Of a DNA stretch of 64,000 bases, positions 47,961 to 62,896 are shown in pieces. Location of the stretch: positions 27,218,001 through 27,282,000 of the forward strand of contig CM114271.1 in the NCBI GenBank assembly GCA_050084515.1, in the 5' to 3' direction. Both the position numbers and the translations under genes were made by a program. Source of the stretch: Blasia pusilla. Its lineage: Eukaryota. How positions within the stretch are numbered: the stretch's first letter is position 1; each line of letters begins with the position of its first letter. Under the pieces are notes generated by a model. It worked only from the letters and a program-made list of their open reading frames with translations, ran no database searches and was not told the DNA's origin.

Positions 47961-50900
47961 ATGACGAGGAAAAAAACGCAAGCAAGCAAGGTAGGGAGCA
48001 TCACTCCCAAGTCCATGAGGACTCCTGCGTCACCATCTCCATGGCCGCGTTTGGCCAATGAGATAAGGCAGCAAGAGATAGAGGAGCGAGAAAGGGAAAC
48101 AGATATGCACATGCATGAGCTTCTTGCAAAACCTATTCTGGAGGCGCTCAAAAAACAAAACGCTGAGGCCGAGGCATCGCAGGCCTTGAAGAAAAGAGTC
48201 ACCGACAAGAAATGTGAGAAAAGCGTCTGGACGCGTCCGTGAGGAGAGCACAATTGGCAAAAGCTCGAAGGGAAAAAGCCATTGCCATTGAAGAAAGCCT
48301 TGCTCGTCCAACAGAGAGAATGTTGAGATGTAGGAAATGACCCTGATGAAGTCTGGGGACACCATGAATATAGAATCGGCTAAGGAAACGGCCAAAGTTC
48401 AAGTGACGGACAATGAGGTCATGAAGACGGCAAGCGTGGAGATGGTGGACATCTCTGACGAAGCACAAGAAGAGTCTTCCTCGTCTTTGAGCCCAGCCAA
48501 AGAAATTGGATCGATGAGTTTCATGTGGACTTGCGAGCTGCTGTCCTAGAGCAGTTGGCGGGCCAAGACAACGACCCAATCTTTGAGCGGATAAGCAACG
48601 TTTGAGTTATTTGAAGGCCCATGATGCAATTCATTGGTAAAATATTGTAGTTTATTGACTTGGGCCCCATTGTGGCAGGTTGTTAAGCACATGTCACTGA
48701 TGGAGGGCCAGAACGCCCTGAGAATTTCACTTTGCCGATTGTAGACAATGGAGTACGTCCGCAAAATTCAGTTGGAGGAGTATATTGCAAAGCTGAAACA
48801 GTCGGCAGCGACAACATCCTACGTCAACAGCTTCCCTCCGTTCTATGTTCATGAATGATCATGGAACCCAAGTGCTGGTGACGGAAGAGGATTTGAAAGC
48901 GCTTGATACATTCTAGAGGATGAGAGATCGGGAGTTCAGAAGAGCGATTGAGGGGACGTAATTTAGCTGGATGCGGAACCTTTACTTCTTCATATGGAAT
49001 GGAAACAACAGGTACATGGCATGGACCCAATTTGCAGAGGAGCGCCCAAATTCATTGGAGGCGTTGTCGTATAGTGAAATCAACCAGTGTGTAAACTCCT
49101 TCGTCATTAAGTGTTAGATAGAGTTTCATTAGTATTAAGTAAATTGGCTTAGAAAAAGGAGATTCTTATGTTTAAACCTCTTTATGGTGCCTCTTTTATG
49201 CGGGCCCAACTTAAGGAAAAGGAGGTAATAAATAAAAGATGACTTTATAAAAGTAAAGTAGTTGTTTTAATGAAAAGCAAAAGTAGTCTTGGTTGGTTGC
49301 TAGGTTAGTTGGGGTAATTTGGAAAATATCAAGTGGGTAAAAGAGGATATTTTGGAAGAGATAAGAGGAAATCTACTTGTGTCAAAATGTGATTGGCTAA
49401 GCCTTGAGAGGAAGTCATGTGGCACAAGATAAGATAAGCTCTATTTCGTATTCTTGTGGATCCCTTGTGAATATATAAAGAGGAGGGACCTTCAAGGGTT
49501 CATCACCTTCTATTCCACATCTTAAGTCTCTCGTGTCTCTTTTGAGTGTATGGCTTTGGGATTGCTTGCTCTTCCAATGAGAGTGGATCACCCCTCTTGG
49601 GATAGTAACTTGACCATGGTCTATTCTTCGAGAGATTTCTAGAGTGTGGTATGTGTGTGTGGAGATGAGAGGTTTGTCACCGTAGAGGAGTTTAGTCATA
49701 CAAAAATAGCGGATGTTTTGGCTTGTTACTTCCCCAATGAGAGTGGATTACCCCTCTTGGGAGAATAACTCCGCCAAAACCCATTCTTGAGGAGAGTAGA
49801 GAATGTGTGTCAAACATGGATAGGAGTGGAGCACGAGCTGTGCCCGACTTTCCTTTCCTCAATCCTTACCATGTCAAGGTACTCTTTGTAGATAGGCACT
49901 GATTCACTTGCTATTTAGTTTATCACTTTGGGGATGCGTTCATGAACCAGGTCATGCAATCTCCAACTCCGGTGATTCTTCCTATTGTCACATATGGAAG
50001 GACATGGGATTGTACTTTGTATGTCCATATATAGCAATCCATGGATGTCAATAGGCCTGCTCAAGTAGAGTTTAACACTAGTTGTGCTATCTTCCTCGTG
50101 TACAAGCGTAAAATAGTTTATAGGGATTTTATAGTTAGGAATTTTGGGGTCCGATGTTACGAAGAAGTGATTGCCTCGGCACTTCCATTTGTGATACCTG
50201 TCGTGAGAGAATGGAGAGTGTATATCATAATTTTGTATTGAAAAAGGAGAACTTATTAGAGAGTTCACCTTGCATCGACTGCATCTACCGCAGCTAGAAG
50301 GCCCGCCCTTGCTCGAAGAAAGACTCTCGACACGACAAATGGTGCTTCCACTGAGAGCTCTTTGAGGCGGTAGTTTGTGTTTGCAAGTTGGAGTCTTATC
50401 AAGATGACTACTTTTGGGAGTACTTCATCAATGGGAACTGAGGGAGCTGAGGATCTTCTCCGAACTTTGACAACATTGTTGAGCCAACAAGGAGGAGTTC
50501 ACATCGGAGAGCAAAGATCAACAAGGGCTCTCCAAGCGATTGTGAAGAAGTTGGGGAGATTTGATGGCAAGAACATCACCAAGTATGTTCGAGAGTACGT
50601 CTGTAAGATGGAGGTAAACCGTGTACCCAAAGGTAATATGGTGTCAAGTTTTGAGTTAGCTGTAATATCAGAGATCCGTAGTCAAGTAAAGAAGTTGAGA
50701 GCAGAAAATCCAACCTCATGGGAGGAGTAGGAATAGTTGCTGAAAGGAGAATTCTTCGATGATGATGTGGATCGGGTGACTAAGAGGAGTTTTCTAGAAT
50801 GGATAGAGCAACGTCCAAGGAAGGGAATGACTCCAAATGAATTGTTGCGTGAGTTTGAGAAGCGGTTTTTTCAGCTTTCTCCTTCTGAAAGGGCAACTCT

Positions 50901-53900
50901 AGACTTGAGGAAAACCGAGTTATTCCTTGAGGCGGCAGATGAGAATTTGGAGGACAAGCTTTTCATAATGTTGGCGGACAAGAATGAAGAAGGAGGTGTC
51001 AGCACTAATTGGAAGAAAGTGGAAGAAGTTGTTGCTATCCTCACAAAGCAAAGTCGGAGTAGAGGTAGAACCACAATATTCAAGTCGGAGGTACCAATTT
51101 CAAATACATTGCCTAAGCCCATGCGTGCAAAGCTTGAAGATTCTACCATTGATGAGTTGGTGAAAGGTTTGAGAGAGTTGAGAGTAGAAATGGCTGAGCT
51201 TAAACTTGATAGGAATCCTAGTGTTGGTGCTCCTTCAACAAGTAAGAACTTTGTGAGAAGATGTATATGGTGTGATAGTGTTGAGCATCAACGTCGAGAA
51301 TGTGAAGAATTTTCAGAAGCTCTTAGAAATGGAATGGTAAACTTCAAAGATGGGAAGATTCATTCAACGCAGACTGGTATACCGTTGAATACCAACTTTG
51401 GTAGAGGAGGTATGAAAGGCTTAGTGAGAAGTCAAGTAGGAGTTGCCACTACGACATTAGATTCTGATACCTTTGCAGTAAAAGTTGAAGCGCCTATTGT
51501 ATCTGTAGCTAAAAGTGAATCATTAGAATTTCCTCGAGAAGTTATGATACGAGGGGCAGAGACTATCCGTCATCTGACTGGATGGGATGATCCAGTGGAA
51601 GCTGGGTGTGTTAAAGCATACCTAGCACAAGAGGAACATGTGAGTTGGCAAGATGCTAGTGTGGAGGAGAAGAGGAGACGCGACAATGATGGTGTTGATG
51701 CTGAGGAAGCCGCAAGAAGAGCAAGGACCTTAAGAAGAAAAGGACAACCGGAGGCGCAGCCATCAAGAGAAGAAGGATCTTCCACATCTGAATCTGTGAG
51801 GGATTCTCATGCCAAAGAAGCAGGGACCAAGGAGAACGAATTGAGGTCTCCTCAGAAGACCAAGGGTAAGACTCCTACATACACAAATTTAAAGGAGATT
51901 CTTCCTTAATTTTAATTGCTTCAACCCGTTGTTGTTAAACGGGTTGCATAATTGGAAAGCTTCAAGCAAACCGTCGGAGTTCGACCGGTTTCCTGGTGGC
52001 CAAGCAAACCGGAGAAAGCCGAGATACCGAAACCAGTCCACCATCGAGGGGTGTAAAAATGAGTGCATGATTTATATGTTCTGCAAACCGTCGGACCCTG
52101 ATGAGTTGTTAAACTAGTGGTAACAAATCATTGGACGCCTAGAAGTAACTCGTCGGAGTCCGACGAGTTGTTGGACTGTCCGCTATTTTTTGGATGTTTT
52201 TGGCCGAAAGCAACTTGTCGGACTCCGACGGGTTGCATTTTTCCCCCACGGGTAGGTGGTTGGAGTAGGAGAGGTTGCTTTTAGGCATCCAATTCCAACT
52301 TTACAATGAATTGCGCAACTTGTCGGACTCCGACGGGTTGATATGTGCAATTTTTTTCCGGAAACCAGTCTCCGAATGGAAATCATTTTACAACCCGTCG
52401 GAGTCTGACGGGTTCTAGCCAAGGACTTAAACGGATGGACCAAAAAGTCACAAATCCGAGTGCAATCTGTCAAACTCTGATGGGTTGCAATTATGTCTCA
52501 AAATTTGCCTGAATGTTGCAATAAGTGTAACAGAAAAAAAGTTGTTGCGACCCGTTGCACTTGGACGGGTTGCAATATTTTTCTCTGTGCTACCATTTCG
52601 ACCACCAGATGTTGCGACCAGTCGGAGTCCGACGGGTTGCAGGACCCCGGTAGCTTGCAATAATTCTTAGAGTATGTTTGGATGTGCACGATTGTATCCA
52701 AGGGGAACCTCACCCACCAGTGGATCCAAGATTGCAACAGGGTGAAAAAGGTGCTTACGACGCACCCGGTAGAGTACAAGGGGTTCTTGGGCGACGCTCT
52801 GGTAAATGAGACGGTGGCGAAGGGGGCTCAAATTAAAAAGGAGACTTGGGCAAATACCTTCATTTCCCAAGATGCAGCCGTCATAATCCTTTGTTGGTCG
52901 AAGATCCACGCCGCCAAGAAGAGCACTTCATTGGAATTGGAGCGAAGGGAGAACGCGTTTGCGTCTGAACGTACAAAGTTTATCCAGGCTGCAATATCTG
53001 CAGCTACAAAGTACACTCCAAGCATGATGCAGTGATACATTGCCATTCTGAACCCCAAACTTGGCCCGGAATTCTACAAGGAGCTCAAGGCGATAATCAA
53101 GCGCCAACGAAAGAGAGACAAAGATCCACAGGGTCGGATCGGCGAGAAAGTATCTTTGGATCGTGTTCACATATTTGCACTCTCTAGAATTTCTGAGTTT
53201 AGGACAATCCGACTGATGAAAATCAGTCTCGAGGGCATAGAGGCCCAAAAGCGGGCGGCACACCATCCTCCGGGAGTTTCTGATCCAGTGATCTCCCATT
53301 GGCTACATGAAGGGTCATTCAGGGACGTGTTGCGGCTTCTCGGGAAGTCCATGCTCGTGGGTCTTCAAGAAGATTGAGCAAGTTACGGAGGAACCAAACC
53401 TAGAGAGTGCAGAATATTTCAAACTATGGCTTGATGACATCTGAGACAAGCCCACGAAAAACCCAGGCTTCAAGATAATGTTCAAGAATCACATCCTCCT
53501 TCAGGCAGACGTGGATGAAGAAATTGATGCCAAAAAAGGGATTTCGCAAAGAAGAAGCGGGATCTTCAGGAGCAGGCGGCCGATTCATCTCGACAAAGAG
53601 CTGCCCAATGGATGGTGTATAGGTTCCCATCAATTGTAAGAATGCAGGTACTTGGCGAAAAATACCAACAGCTTGCAAATTATGGGCTTCTCCACGTGAT
53701 GGAGAGGCATTTTTCATGTATGACATGGAGATGGCACAGGGCATGTTTGACTGGGAGATTGACAATTGCCCAATCTGGTTGGACTTAAACGACCCTGAGG
53801 ACATAACCGAAAAAAATCTACGCTTGGTCTAGGATGCAATGATCCCAAGTAGGGACGACATTCCGAATTTCGTGCAACGTGAAGATTTTTTCGAAGGAGA

Positions 53901-55640
53901 TGCGCAGGAGCAAGCCCTCGAGACAGCGGAGTTGGTGTCCAAGGTCTTCACCGCCAAGGACAAATCTACAGCGGGTTTGAAAGCAAAGGCGAGGGGATCG
54001 AAGAATTTTGAGGCCGACTCTTTCAAAAAAGAGGCGGACACCTCAAGGCGAGAGGGTTGGACTTGGTCCTCTGCCAAGGAAACACGAGTGGAGTTTGAGG
54101 TAACAAAGACCCCCATAAGCTGACTGCAGACTCGGGAGAAGCGAAAGCGGGAGGCGCATGGTTTGTCCTAGGGAGCAGATAAGCATGTGGAATACAGTCC
54201 ATCATCTGGGAAGGCATAGAGAAACAAAAATCATGACAAATGTCCTCATTCACTTCACTCATCTTGTGGATTAGCTGCAAAGTATCAGTTCCTAGGAGTT
54301 GACCCCCGCCATCGACAAATTGACCATGCTGGGACGAAAACTTCAACAAAACGGGCACGCTCCCTCAATGGTCCATGGGGTGGTCGAGGAGGTGGCGGTG
54401 GATCTCCTCATCGCAGATTTTCCCTCAGGGAAACAAAAATCCGTCTGACACTGTCCCAAACAGGAATGTCCCTCTTTCCTACGACCAGATTGCGTTCTTG
54501 TTTTCTTTTGCATACGCTTATCTGAGTGACTGGGGTTGTTTCTTGGTCTTGACTGGAGGGAGCGAGGATGAGATCTTCAACCTTCGGTGCGTGAAGAGGT
54601 CGCTGAAGTGGAGGACGGCGCAATCATGGATCATCAAGAACGAGTATCCACTCCGATCGGCGACAAGTCAAGTTCGGGTAAGTGCTCTTAATCCAAATTC
54701 AACCCGTCGGATCCCAACAGCTTATGGCTGCGGTGTTGCAACCCGTTTGAAAGTGAAAAGTTGCAAATTTACCACAAGTCTCCATTGAGTGAGTGCAACC
54801 CATCGGAATCCGACGGGTTGCAAGTACTTGTGCTTTTCCTTATGTTTCTAGAGTGATGCAACCCGTCTGAAAGCAACAGATTGCCTTGAGCCAACCATGG
54901 ATTGCTCTAAGCCAGCAAGCTGTCGGCTTTCAACGAGTTTCTCATGGCAAGAAAAAACACTTACACTTGTAAAACAAATCGTGGGACTCTGACAGGTTGC
55001 TCTATTTTTAGGACTATAGGCCAAGTTCTTGTGGGTTGGTAATCAACAGGGACTAGAATGCACTATGGATATGTTGCACATTGTGTCACCATATTGAGAG
55101 TAGACCAGCGGTCGAGTAGCTCTTTCTTTTTGCTGACATTGTTTCCAACCTGCTTCTTTACACATGGACCACGCCTTTGTCTAGTGTTTTGTAAGGCCCG
55201 AGCACAACTTCCAGCTGTTCCAGATCCTGGATCCAGTCGATCCATGCTCCGATGGGTATAACTTAGATAGTTTATACAATTTCCCCCAAGGAATTTACAT
55301 GCAAGACGGGACCCTCTTAGTTGGAGGAAGGGAAAAGTCCCTTGCCTTGATACAAACGCTCATCGAGCTCTGTTCAAGGCCAAGTGACTTGGTCTTCGAC
55401 TTAGTGGGCCTATCAGGGGCGAGTATTAGAGGCGCCTGGCAGAGTGGGAGGAACATTCTCTGCCTTGAGTTAAGGCAGGAACTTTATGACCTTTGCAAAG
55501 AGGCAAAGGCAGATTATGATAGGCTAGTGGGAGCATACAACTCTCCTCCAAAGCCGAGAGCTCCGGTTCCACACCCACCATTGATAGTGACACCATCGTC
55601 ACTATCAATGCTCGGATTCTCAGATTTAGGATCTGAATGA
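47961..55640 (+). pseudogene. ParB-like/DNA-methyltransferase-like cargo gene, copy 4
   Basis: FFIWNGNNRYMAW (~48985-49025), VDLLIADFPSG (54398-54430), and REKSLALIQTLIELCSRPSDLVFDLVGLSGASIRGAWQSGRNILCLELRQELYDLCK (within ORF 55299-55640). Confidence 0.75.
49065..51890 (+). mobile_element. Truncated Ty3/gypsy-like LTR retrotransposon: 5' LTR (49065-50337), PBS and gag
   Basis: LTR bounded by TGTCGT...ACGACA. PBS TGGTGCTTCCACTGAGAG at 50340-50357. Gag-like ORF ~50404-51909 with RFDGKNITKY and zinc knuckle CIWCDSVEHQRREC. It interrupts cargo exon 2; pol and the 3' LTR are absent. Confidence 0.8.
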
Positions 55641-56415
55641 AGGGACATGGATGCGTCAGTTCTTCTTTACTCCTAATAGCTAAATATCTTTTGCTTCAAT
55701 TGTCGTCTCGTCTGATCACATTTTCTTCTTGATCAGTTCCTCTTTACTCCTTACAACTATCAATCTTTTGGTTCAATTGTTGTCTCGTGTGATCACATTT
55801 CTCAGTGGGAGAGAGAATGGTGAAACCAAGTTGTCAAACGTATAGCAATCCATGGTATACTTTTTGCACCCATTCAGGAGCCCACATCATCAAATGATGT
55901 AATGAAAGTCTTCGACTACCATGAGTGACGAGCAATCTTTCCTGTTGTGGAAAACCCCCTTATGGATGAGTATTGATGCCTTCTGCAAGAAGAGTCGACA
56001 ATCATTTAAAGGCATTTCCTTTTGCCTTTCTTTTTCTCCTTATTGATGAGTATTTGATGCCTTTTGCAAGAAGAGTCAACAATCCATAATATCAACCACA
56101 TATTCAGAGAAGTTAAACCTTGAAGGGCACCAGAGTCAATTGAGACTTTTATTGAGACCTTTCATTGAGATGAAATTGCTACTTCTGGTCAAATTATGTG
56201 CCAATAGTCCTCCAACAATAATACCCCAGGGCACAACTAACTGTAGACTTAGATAGGAAATGTGAAGAAAATTAGGCTCACATGGAGAGTGATGGAAGAA
56301 TGTTTATGTAAATTTCAAATATATCAAAAAGTTTGAAGAGAGGAGGCGGATTTTGCACTTTTTTTTAAAGAGAGACTCTCCTATCTTCCTCTCTCCTGCT
56401 AGAATACCAGCCCCC

Positions 56416-59400
56416 AAAGCAATTTTGGTATCCAAACTTTCCAAAAATAAAATTCCCATAAAAAATTTATATGTTAACAATAAGAACCTCTTTAGGAAAT
56501 CGAGACACAACGTCTATATTTATGTCGTCAATATCTTTATTTCTCAAAGTCAAAATAGCCGTATCCCTTAAGAAATCAATGTCATGGAATCGGCTAGGAA
56601 AATTGCCATAGATCAAACCAATAAGATCGTATATCTTGTTACTTTTAGTAACAATTTCAGATGGTAATTGTTTAAAGTCTTCTCCCAAATGAGGGTACAA
56701 AGGTACACGATCCTCTCCCACTTCCAATAACCAATCGGCAAAAGCTTGTTGTTCACTACAAAAATGACCTTACAACCTTTGAACTCGCATGTTTGTTATC
56801 AACTTCATGACCTTCACATTAGACCAAAGAGATGAACTCTTTACAGTAGCTTGGATGATTTAAGGCCAATCCCCATGACAAACAACATGCAACACTTGAC
56901 CAAAATCACCACCAAATACCATTAGTTTTCCACCAAATGGTATTTGTCAGAGATCATCTCAAACAACTCCCATAATATCTTGTAGAGTTTGATTCATAAC
57001 CTCAAATGCATGATGATGAGCCATAGGTGCTTCATCCCATATAATAAGCATTGCATCACGATTAAGCGCTCCATCACTATCGACTGATAAATAAATAAAT
57101 AAAAACCGAAGTATATTTGAAGTTGTAATACTTCAAGAGTAATCCAAATTTATGTATCAACATAATTCAAGCCAGTTAAAATGAGTAATGGCACTTCCTT
57201 GCAAGTAGAGCTCTCATAAAGCTTGATGGGGATCTTGAAGCAAGAATGAGGAGTACGTCCTCCGTCTAACAATAGAGCAATTATTCTAGATGACGCTACG
57301 GCTAGAGCTATATCTCTTGCACCTTTTACACTTGGAAGGACAAGATTATTAAAAAAAAAATTCCAGTTCCTCCTAGACCATCGACGAAAAATACTTTTGG
57401 AGATGATGGAGCATTCAAACATATTTGATCAAGCTCATCATGTATAGCGTCCCAAATAATACGTTATCCTTCATTAAGATAAGCTTCTCCTAATTGCACT
57501 TGCTCAAATAATTCTTCCACATCATATAATAGTTCTTGTTCCTTCAAATATGAGTGTGAATGAAGGCTTTGGAAATTAGGTTGGGGTATGTCTGGAAAAT
57601 CAGACAGTCTCTTTCCTTGATCTTTTAAATAACAAGGGTTCCAACAATGGAGTATTAACTATGGCATCATCAACAGGAAGATTAGGAATGTCCATTTTTT
57701 GCAATAGAAGAGTTCCAAAAAAGGTTCAAATCATAGTTAGTAGGTTGAATACTTAATAGTAAGATACTATTGGGAATATCAAATTAATTAATAAAAGGAA
57801 GTATTAGGATGAAAAAAAATGACGTTATACCTTGGCAATAATGAATTCTTACCTGACATCTCTCATATAAAAGATTTTCTACCAATAGAACCAAGAATTG
57901 ACTCCATAGTCTAGCATGTTGAGCGAGTGTGCTATACACTAGAATAATTGCAAATAGATGGCGAAGTGAGAAACCTGTATGGATCATAGAAGCTTCTTAA
58001 AAGCAAGAGAAAACTTCTCTATCATCTTCAAGAAGTCCGAGTTGGATAGCAACCTCCTTGAGTGTTGGACATATTACCCCATGAACAATTCTTAGGTATT
58101 TTTATGTAGTTGCTCCTTGAACATGATGGAAGAGTAATCTCAACCAATGACGTTCTCCTTCACCTGTGAACAAGTAGAATAATTAGCTCATCCCAATATA
58201 AGTAACTTACCTAAGATAAATACATCGCTTTAGAGGATGGTATATAAAAGCAAATATTTACAAAGATTTTTTTAGTATTTAACTGGATGAATAAGGTAGA
58301 AGCGGCCGATGGGATTACCACAACCACTTATATTTTGTATCCTACGAATCCATTTCTTATTACTCCAAGGATAATATGAAGGTAAATCTATATATAGATA
58401 TTGTTGAGCACTAGAGTCACATAAATTGGTTGCAAACCATTGGGTAAATTTATCTCTCTTTTTTGTTGCAAAATATCTAGAGGAGCATCCACTTCATTAA
58501 AGTAGACTAATTGTTGCTCTGGAAGATGAACTCCTAATCGCACAATACTTGGAAGTTCAGCATATAGACTTAACTTGAAGAGACGGCAACATGCCTCTGA
58601 AGAAGATATATATCTGAAGAAATTTGTCTCCCAAGTATTTGAGTAAGTATGAATCATAAATAAAATATATTGCAACACGACAATGAATTGGAGGAATCAT
58701 ACCTAGCATCAAGATACGTTGTGTCTTGTCAATAACATCAATTGTGTTGGATGTATTCATATCCTTTGACAACTTAAATGACACAGCATCAGACCCCTTA
58801 TAAACCTATTTGTATAAGTCCTTGACAACAAAAACACTACTTGTGAATTCCAAATTAATGTGACAATCGAAGAAGGTGCATAACATAGGATTGTAAGGCA
58901 TGACCCAACGGTTATCCAATGAATGTTCACCCTTAATAATCGCCCTCCCATTCTCCAATCTACAAAAATACAATAACAAATTTTGAATATCTCGTCATAT
59001 TATAGATATATACCACATCTATTGTAACAATAAAGACTTAAACAAAGAAATAATCCTTACCTGATAGATTGGATAACCATCTTCTATCTCTACAGTGCTA
59101 GCCGCAAAAGCTTTAGGATAGCCTTTTGTACACTTCTTTGTTTCCTTATCCATACACGGTGCATTTGGATTTTATGGTCTACATGGCCCATGAACCATAC
59201 AGTTAGCAATGGTAGAATACAACCTTGGATGGGTAGGTTGATGAGGGATTTCTGTTGAAATGATACGATCATAATCATAACTAATACGTGATTTATCCTC
59301 ACAACCTAAAATAATAAGTACTTGCACATATGGCAAACATCGTTTTTGGAATTCCACTACATGGATGCATCCTATAACTCGGCCCAATCTCTTCTTGATG

Positions 59401-62400
59401 ATGAGTTGTAACAACTCCTTTTTCTTCTCTAAAACTCACACAACCAAATCTGGTTGGTTTGCAAGTGTTTGGCCACGTAATAATGCAGATGTAATCTCCT
59501 CCCATTTTGGGTTGCATGTCATGGTCAAAACAAGGTCACACTTCCCCAAATGTCTTACAATTGCCATTCCATCTTGATACAATTGATGCATATGACATGG
59601 CCCTCTAGTAAAAGAAAAAGGTAATAGGATGTGTCTCCCAAACCTTCGACTATCCACATCATGTCGATGCATGGCGTCCTCTACACCTTGATATAATTCA
59701 GCTCTCAACTCCTTTTGATTTAAGCGAACCCATGATAATCGTTGCATCTCTACATTGGCATAAAGGTCGATCATATATTCTTGAGTAAGTCAACCAAACC
59801 GCCATAAGCAATTGACATCTTCTTCTCCAATCTGTGTTTGAAGTAAAAAACATGCAAATTGCATTGCAATAACACTCTTTGTTCTTCTTTCCTCAAGGAT
59901 ATTACCATCAACTCTTTCCTCATCCATGCAATCATCCAAAGGTTCAAGGTGTTCCTCCTCCCCAGGAATAATATGGCCCATTTGTTGGGATTCTTTGTAG
60001 CCTCCGATTCTCCCAAAGGCTATTCGAGGATGCCAACCTGATTCACCATAGATAAATAAAAAAACAAAGTGTAATGGAATATATGCTTCATTGAGGTCGG
60101 GTAAATGCTTCACTCCTCCTCCATGTAGCCGTACAATTATATCACGATAGTCGATATGATCACTCCCATCACTCGGCAAAATAGCAGCAACCTCAGAAGC
60201 AGTTGGTAAGTTATAACGCTTTGCATCAAGACCTCTCTTACTTTCCTTGAGGATGATCCGCATATTAAGGTTACTTACTTCACATGCCATATGATGAAAG
60301 ATCTTCACATGTGTATTACATTCATGTAACATGTCTTGTAGACCTTCCAAAATATCTATATTAAGATCAAAAGATCTAGACATAACTCTAGCATGATTCT
60401 CAAATAAATAGCCCGTTGATTCTCTATATTGTCAACACGATAGAACTCTACCTGCGTCGAAATAAGATGTGACAAGATGCAAGTTGAAGTGCAGAATTGT
60501 AAGCTCGAGCATGTCTAAGAAAATGAAGACTTCTAGGATCAATACCTAAAATCAAGGATTTCAGAAATGGAGGAGAGGGTTTCAAGGAGGGTAAATGTAT
60601 TTTCTCATGGCCACAACACATGCCATATGGTGAGTCACTGCTCTTTGCACCTTTCACCATTTCACATTTCCAATGCAAGGCACAGCAAGAGAGGCATATT
60701 TATGTCATAGAACCCAATGTACGATGACCACTCGTATGATTCAAACTCCTTTGTAATCACAACTTCCTAATATCAATTTCTTGGAAATTTTGTCTCTTTG
60801 CGAGATTGAGTAATGTATTTAGTCTTACAGTCGACCCCGGACGGATTCTAGAAGGGTTTGGTATAGTGGCACTTTGTGGAGATAACACTACTCCATTAGA
60901 AGACATGAGATCTACTTTTGACCTTAGTTCAACCCTGAGATGGGGAAGAGTCAAAGAATTGTCGACAACTTCATGTTGAACCAAAATAGGAAGAATGGTA
61001 GGTAACTCAACTCTTTGTTTTACATTAGTAGTTGGGCTGATTGTGGGTGTATTCTCGACAACTTCATGGAATGAATTGTCAACCAACGCAAGTCTTGGTG
61101 ATCAAAGATGGACTTCTTGACTTTCTTCTACCATTTCTCCACCCTCATTGGAAGGCCTGCAAAAATAACAACACCAACATATTATAAAGAATAGATACAA
61201 ATCTTGTATAAAAAATGAAAGATTTACAATGAGGATATAAAAAGTTATATATATGAATTGACTACCAATACTCAAAACCTTCTTATTTGAAATAGTTGCA
61301 ATACTCTCTACTACCAAAGCGGGCTCAAATTCAACATGATTTTCTTTCCTTATTTTTCTATACTCTCCATAATAACTTATCTTTTTTTTCTTTAAGAGCT
61401 TCCATTCTATCAGCGTGGATAGCACGTTTTTGATTTTAGGCTTCATCGCGTAGAACCTTCCAAAATCATGTATATCGACAGGATTCAATGGAATTGGAAG
61501 CCTGGAACAACACATGAATGTTAAGAGCAACAAAACAAATAAAAATGAAAAGTTGAATTATGCACTGTGGAAATGTGGACATGCTAAATGATCTTCAATG
61601 CTATGAACTTATGTAGGAGATGTCTCGAGCGGGAGTTCATCTTCAACATGTGTTGTTTGTGCTAAGATTTTTTTGGGACGGGCAAGCCTTTTTTGTAGTG
61701 CGTTCTCACGCATCAATTTTTGGAAGTCACGCAAGTCCGACTTGATGGAATAGGAAGTCTGTGCAAAAATTGGGTTATAAGTATATAAATAAAAAATTGC
61801 AGGTAAGGCGTGAGAGTAGAGATGGATATATGATGCTCCCATGAACAAAGGTGCTTACATTGAGAGGTGTTCTTTAGTACTTCGATTTGTCTCCCTGAAT
61901 TTTACTGCGGAATTGGTATATTTTTTATAACACCGAGAGGTCGTCTCTCCACATTCAATAATAATCCATTGACGCTCGCCATCTACATAACACACCATGA
62001 AACTATTAATCAAAATATTTTCGGGGTATAATTCCCATGTTTGTCAAAAAAATAAAATTAAAAAAAGAGACAAAAATTCATGAGAATTAAATGGCAAACA
62101 AATTGTATGGGAAGAGGGAAACAAAGGGAAATTAGGAAAGAAAAAAGGAAGCAAGCGAATTTAAATGGAAGGTTTTACCTAAGATTTGTACAAAGCTTTA
62201 AAATGGTACATTTACAAAGAAATAAATGTGCCTATTTTAATTTTAATTTTTAAAACGTATTTAAAAATAGAAGAGCCAAAAAATTATGAAAATAAAATCG
62301 GAAAAAATAGGGAAATTTCCCGAAAATGTGGAAAATTGGAGAGAAGGGGAATTTTTTATTTTTAAAAGGATATTTTATTTATAAAAATATATAAAATATT

Positions 62401-62896
62401 AGGTTAGGGCTAGAATCAGTAGCCCAAACCTACCCTTCATCTATCTACATGTCCCGACTCTACCTGCCGCTGCCTCCTTCGTGAATCGTGCGGCCCCTAA
62501 ACGCTCTCGCTCTCTCCGTCTGATCTGCGATCGGACGGCTGGGGCTAGGGATGCTGCCGCCACTGGCCCGCTTCCCCCTTCTCCCCTACCCCGCACGACT
62601 CTCACTCTCCCCCGACCAATTTATGATCAGATGGGTGGGGCAAGGACGCCGCTGCTCCTGGCCCCCTTCCCCCTTCTCCAATCAACTTTCTCCCCTCCCT
62701 CGTATGATCTGCGCTCAGACAGATGGGTAAGGGACGTTTCCGTCCCTTGCCCCTTCTCCCCTACCCCAATCAACTCTCACTCTGCCCCGCTCCTCCGCTC
62801 TCACTCTCCTCCATTTTTCTTTTGACCTCTAGTCTCCATTTTGTGTTTTGGTCTCGTTTGTCGTGCGCATACACATCGATACACAACGTACATCGC
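56416..62896 (-). mobile_element. Helitron 2 (decayed RepHel), 3'-truncated at the MULE end; 5' boundary approximate
   Basis: ARAYNSALQL, YNLPTASEVAAI, LTMTCNPKW, VEFQKRCLPY, MVHGPC, plus Pif1 motifs AVASS.I.ALLLDGGRT.HS.FKIP, IIWDEAPM, FGGDFGQVL and AILTLRNKDIDDIN. Confidence 0.9.

Larger units (their letters stand above)
45661..56415. mobile_element. Diverged MULE-like copy 4 (left-truncated, interrupted by an LTR element)
   Basis: Transposase 5' part at 45661-46540 (minus), palindrome-rich promoter, cargo gene 47961-55640 (plus), and end B ...AGAATACCAGCCCCC at 56415. Confidence 0.85.
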
